Shown here piece after piece: positions 36,880 to 49,100 of a DNA stretch of 64,000 nt (the stretch's first letter is position 1; every line of letters starts with the position of its first letter). The stretch is from Gracilinanus agilis (Eukaryota): positions 298,805,093 to 298,869,092 of the forward strand of contig NC_058135.1 of NCBI RefSeq assembly GCF_016433145.1, in the 5' to 3' direction. The notes beneath the pieces were generated by a model. It searched no databases. It was not told where the DNA came from and was given only the letters and a program-made list of their open reading frames with translations. Position numbers and translations under genes: made by a program.

Positions 36880-37470
36880 TGTTTGATAAGCCCAAAGATC
36901 CAGGCCTGGGCAGGGGAGACAAAAACTCCTTACCAAGCCAAAATGGAGACGTGGCTTCCTCATAAAGGGGCCTACCATGAGCCAACGGAGGGAGCACGGC
37001 ATAGTTTGCCTGTCGGATCCATGGAGAAGGCAACAATGAATGATCCAAGAAGAGACAGAGAGCATTCCGGGCTAGGCAAGGATTCGGTGTAAGAGGAGAT
37101 GCACAAACAAAACCAATGCAACGAATATCAGAAGGAAAAGAGAAAACTGGGAGGACACTTTTTGGCAAGCTAGCGTCCCTGGCTGAAGAAGGCCCCCTTT
37201 CCCAACTGCAGGGAGAACTCGGCCAGATGTATAACAAGACAAGGCGTTCCCCAACTGTCGAAGGGTCAAAGGAGATGAACGCCACCGGCCATTGACAGAA
37301 GAAGAAGTTGAAATGAGCCAGAACCACATGAAGAAATGGTCCAAATCACGCTGAGGAACCAAAGGCAGATTCAGCTGAGTCAGAGGTGCCTCCTCGCACT
37401 CGGCACATTGGCTAATACAACAGAAAAGGAAAACGATAAGCTGTTGGAGGGGATGCGGGAGAACTGTGTT
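36880..37470 (+). mobile_element. Old L1 ORF2 fragment, GC-shifted
   Basis: Collinear with L1 ORF2 3' region (GTGTTTGATAAGCCCAAAGATCC...CACAAACAAAACCAATGCAAC...CACATGAAGAAATG...TGTTGGAGGGGATGCGG) and with 43670-44480. Confidence 0.8.
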
Positions 37471-37499
37471 ACAAATAATATGGATATAGATGGATATAT

Positions 37500-38960
37500 T
37501 CAAAAATATTAATAGTTTATTGTATCCACATTGTTAATTAAGAAAGCCACGTGCCTGCTAAGAAGATCTAATCCAAAATGCCCTCCATACCTTCACTCTC
37601 GCTGCTTCATAGGAAAGAGAGCCTCTCAATCAAGTTCTGAGGCTTTATACCTTTGTCTACGTAATCACGCTTCCTGCCCACCTGTATTACACAAGGGGAG
37701 TCGTGGGAAATGTAATGTTCAAGTCCCCTAAACGTCCACAGGAAGTTTATACCCGAGACCTCAATATTAAAGCTCAATGAACCCCAAATTTCCATGATCA
37801 CATTCCCCCCTGAGAGCGAAGAGAGACTCGTCTCCTCGAAAGCTCTGGTAAACACAACTCTGAAATTACAGAAATTGGGGGATAAAAGAAAAAAGGACAA
37901 AAGCAACGAACCAATGAGTGCTAGGCGCATTGACAGAAAGCCAACTGGGGCAGTCCCCTTTGGCATAAGAGTGTACATTCCAAACAAATGCATTCAACTC
38001 CCCATAGTCCAGTCAACTGCACCCCAAAATTCATTTTGGATCCTCATGATCCAGTGAAGGCTCTTCAGGCATCTTCCTGGCGACTTCTCCAAACAGGTTC
38101 GTCGACTGGATTCTGGGGAGACGGCAAATTTCTTATCCTAAAGTTACTCTCCAAGAATTTAAACTGTACATTACGGATGATAAAACCTACACCCCCCCCC
38201 CAATTACTCTCAAAAGAGTTAAAATGTTACATTATACATTATAATAGACATTGTGATTATAAAACTTACACCCCCTCCAGGAGAGTCAATATCACATTCT
38301 CCCCTGAAGGGGGTACCCCAGGTCAGCTAAGGATACACGGCTGGGTTTGGGGGGTTGTGTAAAATCAATTGGCAAAAGAAAAAATAATAATAAAATCCAA
38401 ATAAAAGAGCAAAATTAACTTGTGAATGAAATGTAAAATGTCAAAAGTCTTATGTGCAAAAAATGTGAGGAACAATCAACTGATAGTGAAGCCGTCCAGC
38501 AGCTCCACGAAGATTCCCGGTGGGTGGGACACTCAGAGAGGGGAACCGAGGCCTGAGAGAAAATGGGTTACGGGCTAAGGACTAATGGAGAGAGAACATG
38601 AGGCGAGAACAAAGACACACAGACAAAGAGCGTTCTGGCGTAAGGTAGACAGTGAGTGAGCTCTGGTGGTCAAGAGCTTGGATGGTTCAGAGCTTCATCC
38701 TCACTCAGGTGCCATATTGCTACTTTTATTGGGGTTACAACAGTATAGGGGGAAGGGGAGAGCCGAGTGCTCTGATACATTCACATTATGAGGTCATCAT
38801 CAGGAGACACAAACTGCCAGAGCCTAAACCAGTAGGTAGAGCTCACACCTGGATCAGGAGCTGATATGGCCTGAGGCATCTGCCGATGTTTGGTACAGAC
38901 GTTAATTGATCATTGTAGTTAGTAAAGTGAGGAGACTGAGATCGCTGAGCAGCCTTCCGG
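37500..38960 (-). mobile_element. ERV 3' LTR (37802-37500) with PPT and internal/LTR remnants
   Basis: PPT AGGGGGGAA (37811-37803) directly before TGTGATCATGG; TATA and AATAAA in the LTR; second LTR-like block ~38640-38960. Confidence 0.65.
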
Positions 38961-39763
38961 AGTGTAGCCTTCGGGAAGGGCTAGGAATCTGGCCAGGTTG
39001 AGGTTCAATTTAACCCCAAGATTCCAGAAATCGATCGTGAGCCATACAAGAGCCAGTCTTTGAGCACTCTTAGAATAATATCACAATTGATGTATACCTG
39101 GATCGCTACATATAACAGGTCCTTGATCAAGGCCCAATTAAGGTGATTTAAGCAGTTTGCAATTACCCATTCAGGAGCCAGGACTACAGAAAGTTGCCAT
39201 TCTATATACAAGAGAAACAACAGGACCCAATACGTGTGCAAGGCAAGTGTGTCTTTCCCTGGTCTGATTTGCCTGCAGAGACCACATACTGCACCAGAAG
39301 ATCCAGAGTGAACTTTGAGACACGGTGAATTTGAACTCTGGGGGGAGGGGTCTGAACGTATTTATTTTGAATGGATACTTTTATGCCAGAAAGGGGACTG
39401 CCCCCTAAATGGCCTTTTGTCAACGCACCAAACATTGGTTTTGTCCTTTCTCCCTTTTATCTCCAAATTGTTGGGAACTTTAATTTGATTATGTTTCCAT
39501 GATCCACTGGGGAGACTGGTCTCCCAAAGGATCACAGGGGGGGAATGTGAAGTTGAAAAGACCTTGTACCCCTTTAAACTACATTACCCAAACTCCCTTT
39601 CACCATACCCACAAGCCCTTAAGCCTTTTCCTATGGGTCGTTGGTTTTTGTGGGCTGTATTGAAATGGGGGTTTTGGTCTCCAGTCTTTGGCACAGTTGG
39701 CTTTAATAAATCCTTATCAATATCACACTTTGGAGGCACTGAATATTAATTTTAAAACTTACA
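38960..39763 (+). mobile_element. ERV 3' end: internal remnant, PPT and LTR (39546-39763)
   Basis: AGGGGGGGAA (39536-39545) then TGTGAAG...CTTACA with AATAAA at 39705. Confidence 0.65.
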
Positions 39764-40744
39764 ACTGCAAGAGCCGAGCTCCGCTCACTGGCTGGAGTTG
39801 GGGGAGGGCTTTGGGGGGCAGGTGAAGGGACATCTGTCTGTCTGTCCATTGGGGAAAGGCTGGACCAGCGAGGGTGGCCAATTGTATGGGCTCCGAGAAA
39901 GAAGGGGGGGGGGGGAGGGGTGTCAGAAAAGCCGAGGAAGACCTCCGTGAACTGCTGCACAGCCTCAGCCCAGCAGCCCCCTCGGGAGCTGTGAAGGACA
40001 CCCCGCCTCAGTGGTAAGAGGAGGGAGAAAGAGGCGGAGCCATCGGAGCGCACGAGGCGCGGGACACGGAAAGGTGACGCCCTGAGCCATTGGGGGGCGG
40101 GGCTCGAAATGGTACAAAAGGAAGGCGAAAACGGAGCTCACATAGAATTAAAACCATCCAGAGACTCTGGCACGGGGAAGGACAGCCCTGCTTCCATTTT
40201 ACAGACGAGAAAACTGAGGCCCAAAGAGAGGAAGGTGATGCTGGTAGTTGGAACGGAGGCCACAGGATCACAGTCCCTTGTGGAGGGCTGGACTCCCTTT
40301 CCCACCGGAGAGTGGGGGCGGGGCGGGGCTGAGGGGTTAGGCTTCTCCAGCAGTGGGGAGGCCCACCAGGCTGGGCCATTCCAGCCAGCCTCCGCTCCCC
40401 CCCCCCCATCCCACCTCCGCCTGAGGCATTCCAAAGCGCCCCTCCCCCCTCCCCGTGCAGGCCTCCTGGCTGGAACTGGCCTCCCTCCCGCGGCCCGCTG
40501 GGCCCCGGGGCTAGGCCGAGGCAAACCGGGCGGAAAAGCTCCGCGCCGTGCTGTGCGGACCCCCAGAGGCACGTTTGGGCCGCGGACCCAGCGCGGCGGG
40601 GCGAAGGCCGCACGCGGGTCCGTGCCCAGACGGCGTCGGCCAGACCCGTCAGTGGCGGAACGCAGGCTTCGCCATCTCGCCGCCGCCGCCGCCGGCCCGC
40701 AGCATAAACTTAGCACAAAAGCAGCCCCGAGCCGGGCGGCCCCG

Positions 40745-40788
40745 CGAGCCAGCCAGGAGTCGAACCTGGAATCTTCTGATCCGTAGTC
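40745..40788 (-). tRNA. tRNA-Arg-ACG: tRNA-Arg(ACG), 3' 44 nt; 5' part lost in the assembly gap
   Basis: Minus strand GACTACGGATCAGAAGATTCCAGGTTCGACTCCTGGCTGGCTCG matches the recalled mammalian tRNA-Arg-ACG 3' half; Pol III TTTT terminator at 40720-40717; sits in a CpG island. Confidence 0.9.
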
Positions 40789-41288
40789 NNNNNNNNNNNN
40801 NNNNNNNNNNNNNNNNNNNNNNNNNNNNNNNNNNNNNNNNNNNNNNNNNNNNNNNNNNNNNNNNNNNNNNNNNNNNNNNNNNNNNNNNNNNNNNNNNNNN
40901 NNNNNNNNNNNNNNNNNNNNNNNNNNNNNNNNNNNNNNNNNNNNNNNNNNNNNNNNNNNNNNNNNNNNNNNNNNNNNNNNNNNNNNNNNNNNNNNNNNNN
41001 NNNNNNNNNNNNNNNNNNNNNNNNNNNNNNNNNNNNNNNNNNNNNNNNNNNNNNNNNNNNNNNNNNNNNNNNNNNNNNNNNNNNNNNNNNNNNNNNNNNN
41101 NNNNNNNNNNNNNNNNNNNNNNNNNNNNNNNNNNNNNNNNNNNNNNNNNNNNNNNNNNNNNNNNNNNNNNNNNNNNNNNNNNNNNNNNNNNNNNNNNNNN
41201 NNNNNNNNNNNNNNNNNNNNNNNNNNNNNNNNNNNNNNNNNNNNNNNNNNNNNNNNNNNNNNNNNNNNNNNNNNNNNNNNNNNNNNNN
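40789..41288. other. Assembly gap (500 N)
   Basis: Run of n. Confidence 1.
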
Positions 41289-41598
41289 AGGGGGAAACCG
41301 TTCAAAACTAGAATAGTCCACTTTTCTCTCTGAATTTGACTGCTTTTGCTAAACTAAATACACTGGGGTGACTGCAAATCTTGCTCCTAAGTCATCCTGA
41401 AGGAAAATCAAATCCAGCTTTGCGATGCCATCTGTGGGTTGACAATACCAAAAAAAAGAAAAGAAAAGAAAGAAAAGAAAAAAAAGCCTTTGGAAAATCA
41501 CACACGGATTATACCCGTTGAACCCAGTGGAATTGCTGGTCAGTTCTGGGACGGGGCAGGGAAGAGGGAAGGGAGACTACATAAATCATTTAGCTTTG

Positions 41599-41669
41599 GG
41601 AAGGAAGGAAGGAAGGAAGGAAGGAAGGAAGGAAGGAAGGAAGGAAGGAAGGAAGGAAGGAAGGAAGGA
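41599..41669 (+). repeat. (GGAA)~17 microsatellite
   Basis: Read directly. Confidence 0.95.
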
Positions 41670-42199
41670 GAATCATGGGGTGATAGCCCCGAAGATGTGT
41701 CCTAGAAAACTTGGTTTAGGGGTGATTATTTATGCATTCATTCAACTCAGCTCTTTTCCCCAGATCTGTGTTTCTTTGCCCACAAAATAACCAAGAATTC
41801 AAGCTCCTTCCTGGGTGGGAGGTGGGAGGGAGAGGGCAGGGAGGGGAGGGGAGGGGAGAGGAGACATCGAGATACACACACACACACAGTAGGGAGGGAC
41901 TGCTCATTTTCTTAAGAGCAACAGGAATCTTGGCAGTGGCAAAGGGAGATCTTTGGCGATGTGATATTAGGGGATTGAGGGGGGTGGGGCTCGGGGAAGG
42001 TGCAGTCTTTTAAGGATCTGAGGGTCCTAAAAAGCTTGGCGAGAGCTAGGGAGTGGCCTTCTGAAGGAAGCCATTGGACAATCTCTATCACTGACCATCA
42101 TCATTAACAGGATGAGGTGGGGGCGGGGGACTGAGTGCGAAGGGACTTTGAAAGGATCATGCCACCAGGCATCTATATGTCTCTGTCTATGAGATTCCC

Positions 42200-42697
42200 C
42201 TGCTTCTGCTCCATGCACTCTGCATCAATTCCTGGAGGCCGTTCCAGTTCATGTGGAATCCACCACCACCACCACCCCCATATCCAAGGCACATTTCCAC
42301 TGGTTTTAACATATGTGATCAGTCAAGACTTATTTACATATTTTTTTAATATTTTATTTTTTTTAGAAAGATTTTCTATGGTTACATGATTCTTGTTTTT
42401 ACTTTCCCCTTCACTCCCCTTTACCTCCCCCCATATCTAATTCCCATATCCACTGGTTTTAACATGTGAGATCAATAAAGACTTATTTACATATTATTGA
42501 TAGTTGCATTGGTGTGTCACATCCCCAACCATGTACCCATCAACCTAGGCACTCAGGCGGTTGTTTTACGTCTGTGTTTCCACTCCTGCAGTTCTTCCTC
42601 TATATGTCGGTAGAGTTCTTTCCCATAAATACCTCAGAATTGTCCTGACTCATTACATTGCTGCCAGTACCGAAGTCCATTACATTCGATTTTACCA
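42200..42697 (-). mobile_element. L1 3' end fragments; main piece 42697-42345 with A-tail
   Basis: Marsupial L1 3'UTR (TGGTAAAATCGAATGTAATGGACTTC... on minus); a partly duplicated copy lies at 42280-42340. Confidence 0.8.
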
Positions 42698-43399
42698 GGT
42701 GTGAAACAAGGATGACCATTATCACCTCTTTTATTTAACATTGTACTAGAAACACTAGGGTTAGCAATTAGAGAAGAAAAAGAAATTGAAAGTATTAAAA
42801 AAGGCAGTGAGGAGACCAAGCTATCACTCTGCAGATGATATGATGGTCTCCTTAAAAAATCCTAGATAATCAACTAAAAAGCTAGTAGAAATAATCAACA
42901 ACTTTAGCAAAGTGGAAGGATACAAAATAAATGCACATATATCATCAGGATTTCTATATATTTCCAACACATCACAGCAGCAAGAGGTAGAAAGAGAAAC
43001 CCCATTAAAAATCACCCTAGACAATACAAAATACTTAGGACTCTATCTACCAAAACAAGCACAGGAATTATACGAACACAGCTATAAAACACTTTCCAAT
43101 TAAAACTATATCTAAACAATTGGGAAAACATTGATTGCTCATGGGTAGGATGAGCTAACACAATAAAAATGACCATTCTACCCAAACTAATTCACTTATT
43201 TAATGACATACCTATCAAATTACTAAGAAACATTTTTACAGAATTAGAAAAAAAAACTATAACAAAGTTCATTTGGAAGAACAAAAAATCAAGACTATCA
43301 AGGAAAATAATGAAAAGAAAAGATGAAGGAAGGTGGTCTAGCAGTACCAGATATTAAACTATACTATAAACCAGTGGTCATCAAAACAATATGGTACTG

Positions 43400-43584
43400 G
43401 GGCAGCTGGGTAGTTCAGTGGAGTGAGAGTCAGGCCTAGAGACAGGAGGTCCTAGGTTCAAACCCGGCCTCAGCCACTTCCCAGCTGTGTGACCCTGGGC
43501 AGGTCAATTGACCCCCATTGCCCACCCTTACCACTCTTCCATCGTATGAGACAATACACCGAAAAGTACAAGGGTTTAAAAAAA
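43400..43584 (+). mobile_element. SINE1_Mdo-type SINE inside L1
   Basis: 17-bp TSD AAAACAATATGGTACTG (43383-43399 / 43585-43601). Confidence 0.95.
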
Positions 43585-43915
43585 AAAACAATATGGTACT
43601 GACTAAGAGACAGAAGGGAGGATCCGTGGAATACGCTTGGGGTAAATGACCTGAGCAAAACAGTGTATGATAAACACAAAGAGCCCAACTTTTGGGACAA
43701 AAATCCACTATTTGACAAAAACTGCTGGGAAAATTGGAAAACCACATGGGAGAGATTAGGTTTAGATCAACATCTCACACCCTACACCAAGATAAATTCA
43801 GAATGAGTGAATGACTGAATATAAAGAAGGAAACTATAAGTAAATTAGGTGAACACTGAATAGTATACTTATCAGATCTCTGGGAAAGGAAAGATTTCAA
43901 AACCAAGCAAGAGAG

Positions 43916-44058
43916 GGGGCAGCTGGGTAGCTCAGTGAATTGAGAGCCAGGGCTAGAGATGGGAAGTCCTAGGTTCAAATCTGACCTCAGATACTTCCCA
44001 GCTGTGTGGCCCTGGGCAAGTCACTTGACCCCCATTGCCTAAAAAAAAAAACAAAAAA
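43916..44058 (+). mobile_element. Truncated SINE1_Mdo-type SINE inside L1
   Basis: GGGGGCAGCTGGGTAGCTCAGTG...CCCCATTGCCT plus A-tail. Confidence 0.85.
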
Positions 44059-44602
44059 AGTTAGGAAAAATTACAAAGTGTATAATAAATAATTTTCATT
44101 ACGTTAAATTAAAAAGTTTTTGTACAAACAAAAACAATGCAACCAAAATCAGAAGGGAAACAACAAACAGCGAAAAATTCTTTATAACAAAAAACTCTGA
44201 CAGAGATCAAATTACTCAAATAAACAGGGAGTTAAATCAATTGTATAAAAAATCAAACCATCCCCCAATTGATAAATGGGCAAGGGATGTAAATGGGCAA
44301 TCCTCAGATAAAGAAATCAAAAGTATCAATAAGCACATGAGACAGTGTTCTAAATCTCTAATAATTAGAGAAATGCAAATCAAAACAACTCTGAGGTACC
44401 ACCTCACACCTAGCAGATTGGCTAAAATGACAGCAGGGGAGAGTAATGAATGTTGGAGGGGATGTGGCAAAATTAGGACATTAATGCACTGCTGGTGGAG
44501 TTGTGAATTGATCCAACCATTCTGGATGGCAATTTGGAACTATGCACAAATAGCTCTAAAAGACTACCTGCCCTTTGATCCAGCTATACCATTGCTGGGT
44601 TT

Positions 44603-45660
44603 TGTAATGAACAATTCTTGACAAGCTTGCTTCTTTGTTTAATCATAGTAGGATAATTAGTAAACGTCAATCATATGATATTTCAAAAGTTAATGTGTAA
44701 TCTTTAATGTATGGGAAATCCAAAACCTGTATGAAATCATAATGAAAAAAGGGTATAAAAATAAAAATCAGCAGATGGCACCAGAGAACAGCCTCTGCAA
44801 TTTCACTTGCACCCTGGCTCATTTTCATTTTGTTTTGCCTTGCTGTTCCACCTCCAGAGAACACAGGGCAAAGAGCAGGCTCTTAGCTTACCGGCACTTT
44901 TAGAACAGGGACTCTTGGACACAGGTAAGACCCCCAAACCCCTCTCCCAAAAAAGCTGAGGATACTTCCAATTCGGATGGCTAAGGCCCTTGACCAAGGA
45001 ATTGCAAACCCTCACTACGGAAAGTGAGTCAGAATGGCAAGAAGATCAGAACTTTTAAGACCTCTGCCACACAAAAGACACTAGGATAGATAGCATGCTA
45101 AAGTAAATAGAAACTTTGGGAAACAGCAGATCAAAGGAAAGAAAACTTTATCGAAATCACTAAGCATACCCTAGAGAAGAGGGGAGTAAAAGTAAGCAAA
45201 CAGCAACTGGCAAAATACCTTAATTTTATCCAAATTTGCAGCCCTTGCTTTCCCAACAAAGGGACAGTGAATTCAGAAATCTAGGAGAAAAGTGGCCTTG
45301 ACCTGCTATGCAAAATATGGCCCAGAAAAAGTCCCTGTAGAGACCTTTTCTTTTTGGACTCTAATTAGGGATGCTTTAGATCCTGCCCATGAGGCTACTT
45401 GAATTGCACAATCTCTTACCAATATCACAGTTACTAAAAATATCCCCCTATTGCCTAGACAGAATTCTGATACTGGAATCATTAAGGCGTCAGTCTCAGA
45501 TCAAGATTCAAACAAGGAGAATGATGATGAGGATAGGCTTTTCTCTGATGAAGAGGCGCTGTCAGAAAAGGAGGTGGCAGCCTTTAACCCTGACTGGAAC
45601 TTTCCAGCATGAGTGAAAAAAACATCCTTCTGGCACCTGCTGTGCTAAACGTCACAGGCT
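44603..45660 (+). mobile_element. Betaretrovirus-like (ERV2) remnant: LTR 44603-44891, Lys3-type PBS 44892-44912, gag MA from 45116
   Basis: PBS retains GAACAGGGAC of TGGCGCCCGAACAGGGAC. Degenerate gag GNSRSKERK...RGVKVSKQQL...FPNKGTV...GPEKVPVETFSFWTLIRDALDP resembles betaretroviral p10 matrix; start codon is now TTG. Confidence 0.8.
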
Positions 45661-46080
45661 TTCATGGCTTCCCGCAGCTGTGTCCCGGGAGAGAGAAAGG
45701 AAGAAAGGGTTGGGAGGGAGGAGTGCCCAGAAATCCCTGCATTCCCAAGGTGCCTGGGCTGCTCTGGTCCAATAATAAGAACAGCAGCTCACTCTGATAA
45801 TGTCTCTGTGGGCAGATTTGGGGTGTTGGCAAAGATTTTTTTTCAGGATTCTCTGTCTAGTCCTGATGACTTGGAAGTTCCTCCAACATTGTGCTCTTCT
45901 GGAGGCAGCTCTTCCACTCGAGCCCTCAAGCCTCCACACCCCCAAGTGCCTCCAGCTGTCACCTTCTGAGTGGTGTGACCTGTCTCCTCCCGCCCTGCAG
46001 TGATTTGCTCCCAATCCGCTCACCCCACCCCAGACCTATTTCCAGCCTGCTAAAGTATAGAGAATGATCCTAAGTGGCCC
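45660..46080. mobile_element. Possible LTR
   Basis: LTR-like composition only. Confidence 0.3.
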
Positions 46081-47504
46081 TTCATCCCCCCTCCCCCCCA
46101 GCCTGGGCCTGTTAATGATCCATTGGCCCTCGGGGCCAACGAGGATGGGTGACCAAGCCCAGAAGCCCTCCTACCTGGGCAGGCCAGGGCCAGTGGGCAC
46201 CGACCCACAAATGCACCCAGGAATGCCCAGCAGTTAGGACCAGGGGCTCACAAGGTAGGGGAGGTTCAGCATGATGGGCACAGCGGGACACTAATTCCGA
46301 CGCGGCTAGTGCTCCAGGTTTTGCTTCCTCCCATTCCGGGAAAATCGAATTTAGGGTGAGGGTTACACAGCTGGCTACTTTGTTGCCCAAGTGGATACAC
46401 GATGTTCCATTCCCCTTCCCCCAGCACCAGAGCCCACCTGCAGCAGCCCCCAGCTAGCCCTGCCCTCCACTTGGCCCCCCAGGGAAGACTGAAAGTTCCT
46501 GGAGGCTGGGGCGCCACGATATGAGGGGACAGGTTTCCCAGAGGGTGAGGTTTAGCACCCTCAGAGTGGGGGGAAGGGGATCAGCCCACCCTCCCAATGC
46601 CCCTCTTGTCCCTGAGCTCTTTGGCAATCTGCACCTTCTGATGGCTATTGGTGAACCTTTTGGCCCAGTCCCATCTGCACTTCAGAAAGGATAAGTAGAG
46701 GCAGGGGAGCTGGTGCTTCTGAGGGAAATGCCCCAGGGGTCCCTGGACTGCTAGCCTCATTTTGATTAATCCATCTTGGATCAAACTAATTTGGGGAGCA
46801 CAAGGGGCCTGGGGCCACTTAGAGAAGTCTCTAAAGGAGAAAGGCGTCCAGCCTAGAGGAGGTGACCCTGGATTTTCTGGGAGCTGCCCTCCAGCTGGGG
46901 AAGTTCTTCTGGGAACAAGGAGAAAGGGGTATTGCAGAGCCTTGAGGCCTTCTCCCCTAGGAAAGGATGCTAAGGGCTAACACAAAGCCAGAATCCATGG
47001 ACACCCAGGGCAGCACTCTAGAGCCCAAGATGGCCCTTGGCTCTTGGGGATCCTGGCCTTGGCCTGAAAAAGGAGGTCTTTGAGAGGTGGGGTCCCCCTC
47101 AAGAACTGGCTAGTCAGCCACGATTTAGGGATCTCTTGTCTCAGATAGAGTAGATGGGGAGCCCCCAATTGAATGGGTGGAGACTTTATTTAGTGAGGAT
47201 GCCCAAGGGCAGAGAGAATTGCCCCCCACTGACACACACCTCACTGTCTTCCCTCAGAACTGCCCAAGCTAGGGGTGATGATGCTTCATGAATACAATTG
47301 GTTCTGACCTTAGGGTCTCTGAAGGGCTGCCCCTTATAGGCGAGAATTAGCCTTGTCCTGCTCATCCCCAGGGTAGGGAGGCCATCTGGACAGCCCTTCG
47401 GATGGGGAGGGGAGAGGGGTTGATGGGGTCCCTCCTGCTCTCATAGGCCCTTCCTCTGCCATTCTTGCCCTTCCCACTGGTGACCAGACAGGTGCTGAGA
47501 CACA

Positions 47505-48057
47505 ATGCTGTACAAATTAGTGGTGTTAGGCAGCTGTGCCGTGGGCAATAATGCATTGACCATCCAGCTGGTCGAGAACTGCTTTGTCCCCAACTGATCC
47601 CATCAAAGACTCCTACAGCATCCAGCTGGTGGTGGATGGGGAGCCCTGCCAGCTGGACATCCTGGACACCACAGGCAACAAGGAGTGCCAGTCCCTCAGC
47701 CATGAGTCCATGCGCCTCTGGTATGGATTCCTCCCTATCTATGCTGTGGATGACACCAAATCCTTTATGGACATGAACATCTGGGACCAGCTGTGCAGGA
47801 TCAGACATCGACCATGTTCCCGTAGTCCTGGTGCCCAACAAGACAAACAAGCCTGGTGACCTGGGACCTGTGCCAGGAGGCAACCAAGAGCTTCAAGGTG
47901 CCCTTGGTGGAGACATCGGCCAAAACCAGGTCCGCTGTGGAGCACGCCTTTCAGGAGCTGGTGCGAGATTCACTGCTTCAGCTTCCAGGAGCACAAACAC
48001 TGCCGAAATACTGAGCATAACCAAGGCTGCAGGTTCAAACCTTGCAAGGTAATGTGA
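47505..48057 (+). pseudogene. Intronless Ras-family pseudogene (at least four frameshifts)
   Basis: YKLVVLGSCAVGNNALTIQL, DP-IKDSY, VVDGEPCQLDILDTTG, VPVVLVPNK, VETSAKTR, VEHAFQELVR, C-terminal CKVM-stop; no introns at the canonical HRAS positions. Confidence 0.9.
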
Positions 48058-48912
48058 GACAGTGCCTACACCAGAATCTCCCAGGAGCCCCTGGCTGCAT
48101 CTCCTAAGCATTTCTCCACCCAGGCTTTTCAGATTTTTATTTTTCCCTTTGAGAAGGAATGACTCCGAGTGACCAGCCCAGAGAAGATGCCCACCCACCC
48201 TCCTCCCCAACCTCTCTTCCCCATCCCTCACCATCCTCCTCAGCAGTCTCCTCTCCCCTCCTGTCTGGGCTGGAAAGGGGGGCTTTTTTCTCCCACTTTC
48301 CTACTCTGATTCAAAGGCCACTGTTTTTCTTGTTCTAAGATTGATCAGAAATCAAGGTTGTTGGTTTCTTTATAAGTGTATTGCTGGTGATTTCTTGGGG
48401 GACTCTTCTGAGAGCCCCTCAGGGAAATAGGGTCTTTATCAGGATACCATCAAAATCAATGTAAACCCTGTTTTAATTCTTGTGGCCTGAAAATGGGGCC
48501 ACAGGATGGATGGATTACCCAATCAGACCCCTCTGTGTGACTCTCTTTTGACCAACACTTTTTATTATTGAAATTATAATCTATATTTTTAAGATAGCCT
48601 CAAATTTTGTAATATAGATATAAAATCCCCTAAAAAATTCCCTTTATATAAATCCCCTAATTAAATAATAAACCAGCATTTAACAAGTTAATAGCTTAGA
48701 CCATACCCTCAATAAAAGAGCAGAAGCTGCTTTCATCTTTTCCTCTCTGTCTCAAGAGTATGAAGGACACAGTATGGCATTTCCAAAAAAAAAATATTCT
48801 CAATGGATGACTTTCTCATGCTGAGTTTAACCTGAGGAACTTAAACGTTCTCATGCTTTAACCACTTTTGAAATATGTTGAAGGTTCTTTTTATTAAAAT
48901 ATAACTTACATA

Positions 48913-49100
48913 GGGGGAGCTGGGTAGCTCGGTGGAGTGAGAATCAGGCCTAGAAACAGGAGCTCCTAGGTTCAAACCCGGCCTCAGCCACTTCCCAGCT
49001 GTGTGACCCTGGGCAAGTCACTTGACCCCCATTGCCCACCCTTACCAATCTTCCACCTATGAGACAATACACCGAAGTACAAGGGTTAAAAAAATATATT
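48913..49100 (+). mobile_element. SINE1_Mdo-type SINE
   Basis: 11-bp TSD TAACTTACATA (48902-48912 / 49101-49111). Confidence 0.95.

Larger units (their letters stand above)
42698..44602 (+). mobile_element. L1 ORF2 (RT to C-terminal domain), disrupted, with two nested SINEs
   Basis: [57 protein letters not shown]. Confidence 0.95.
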
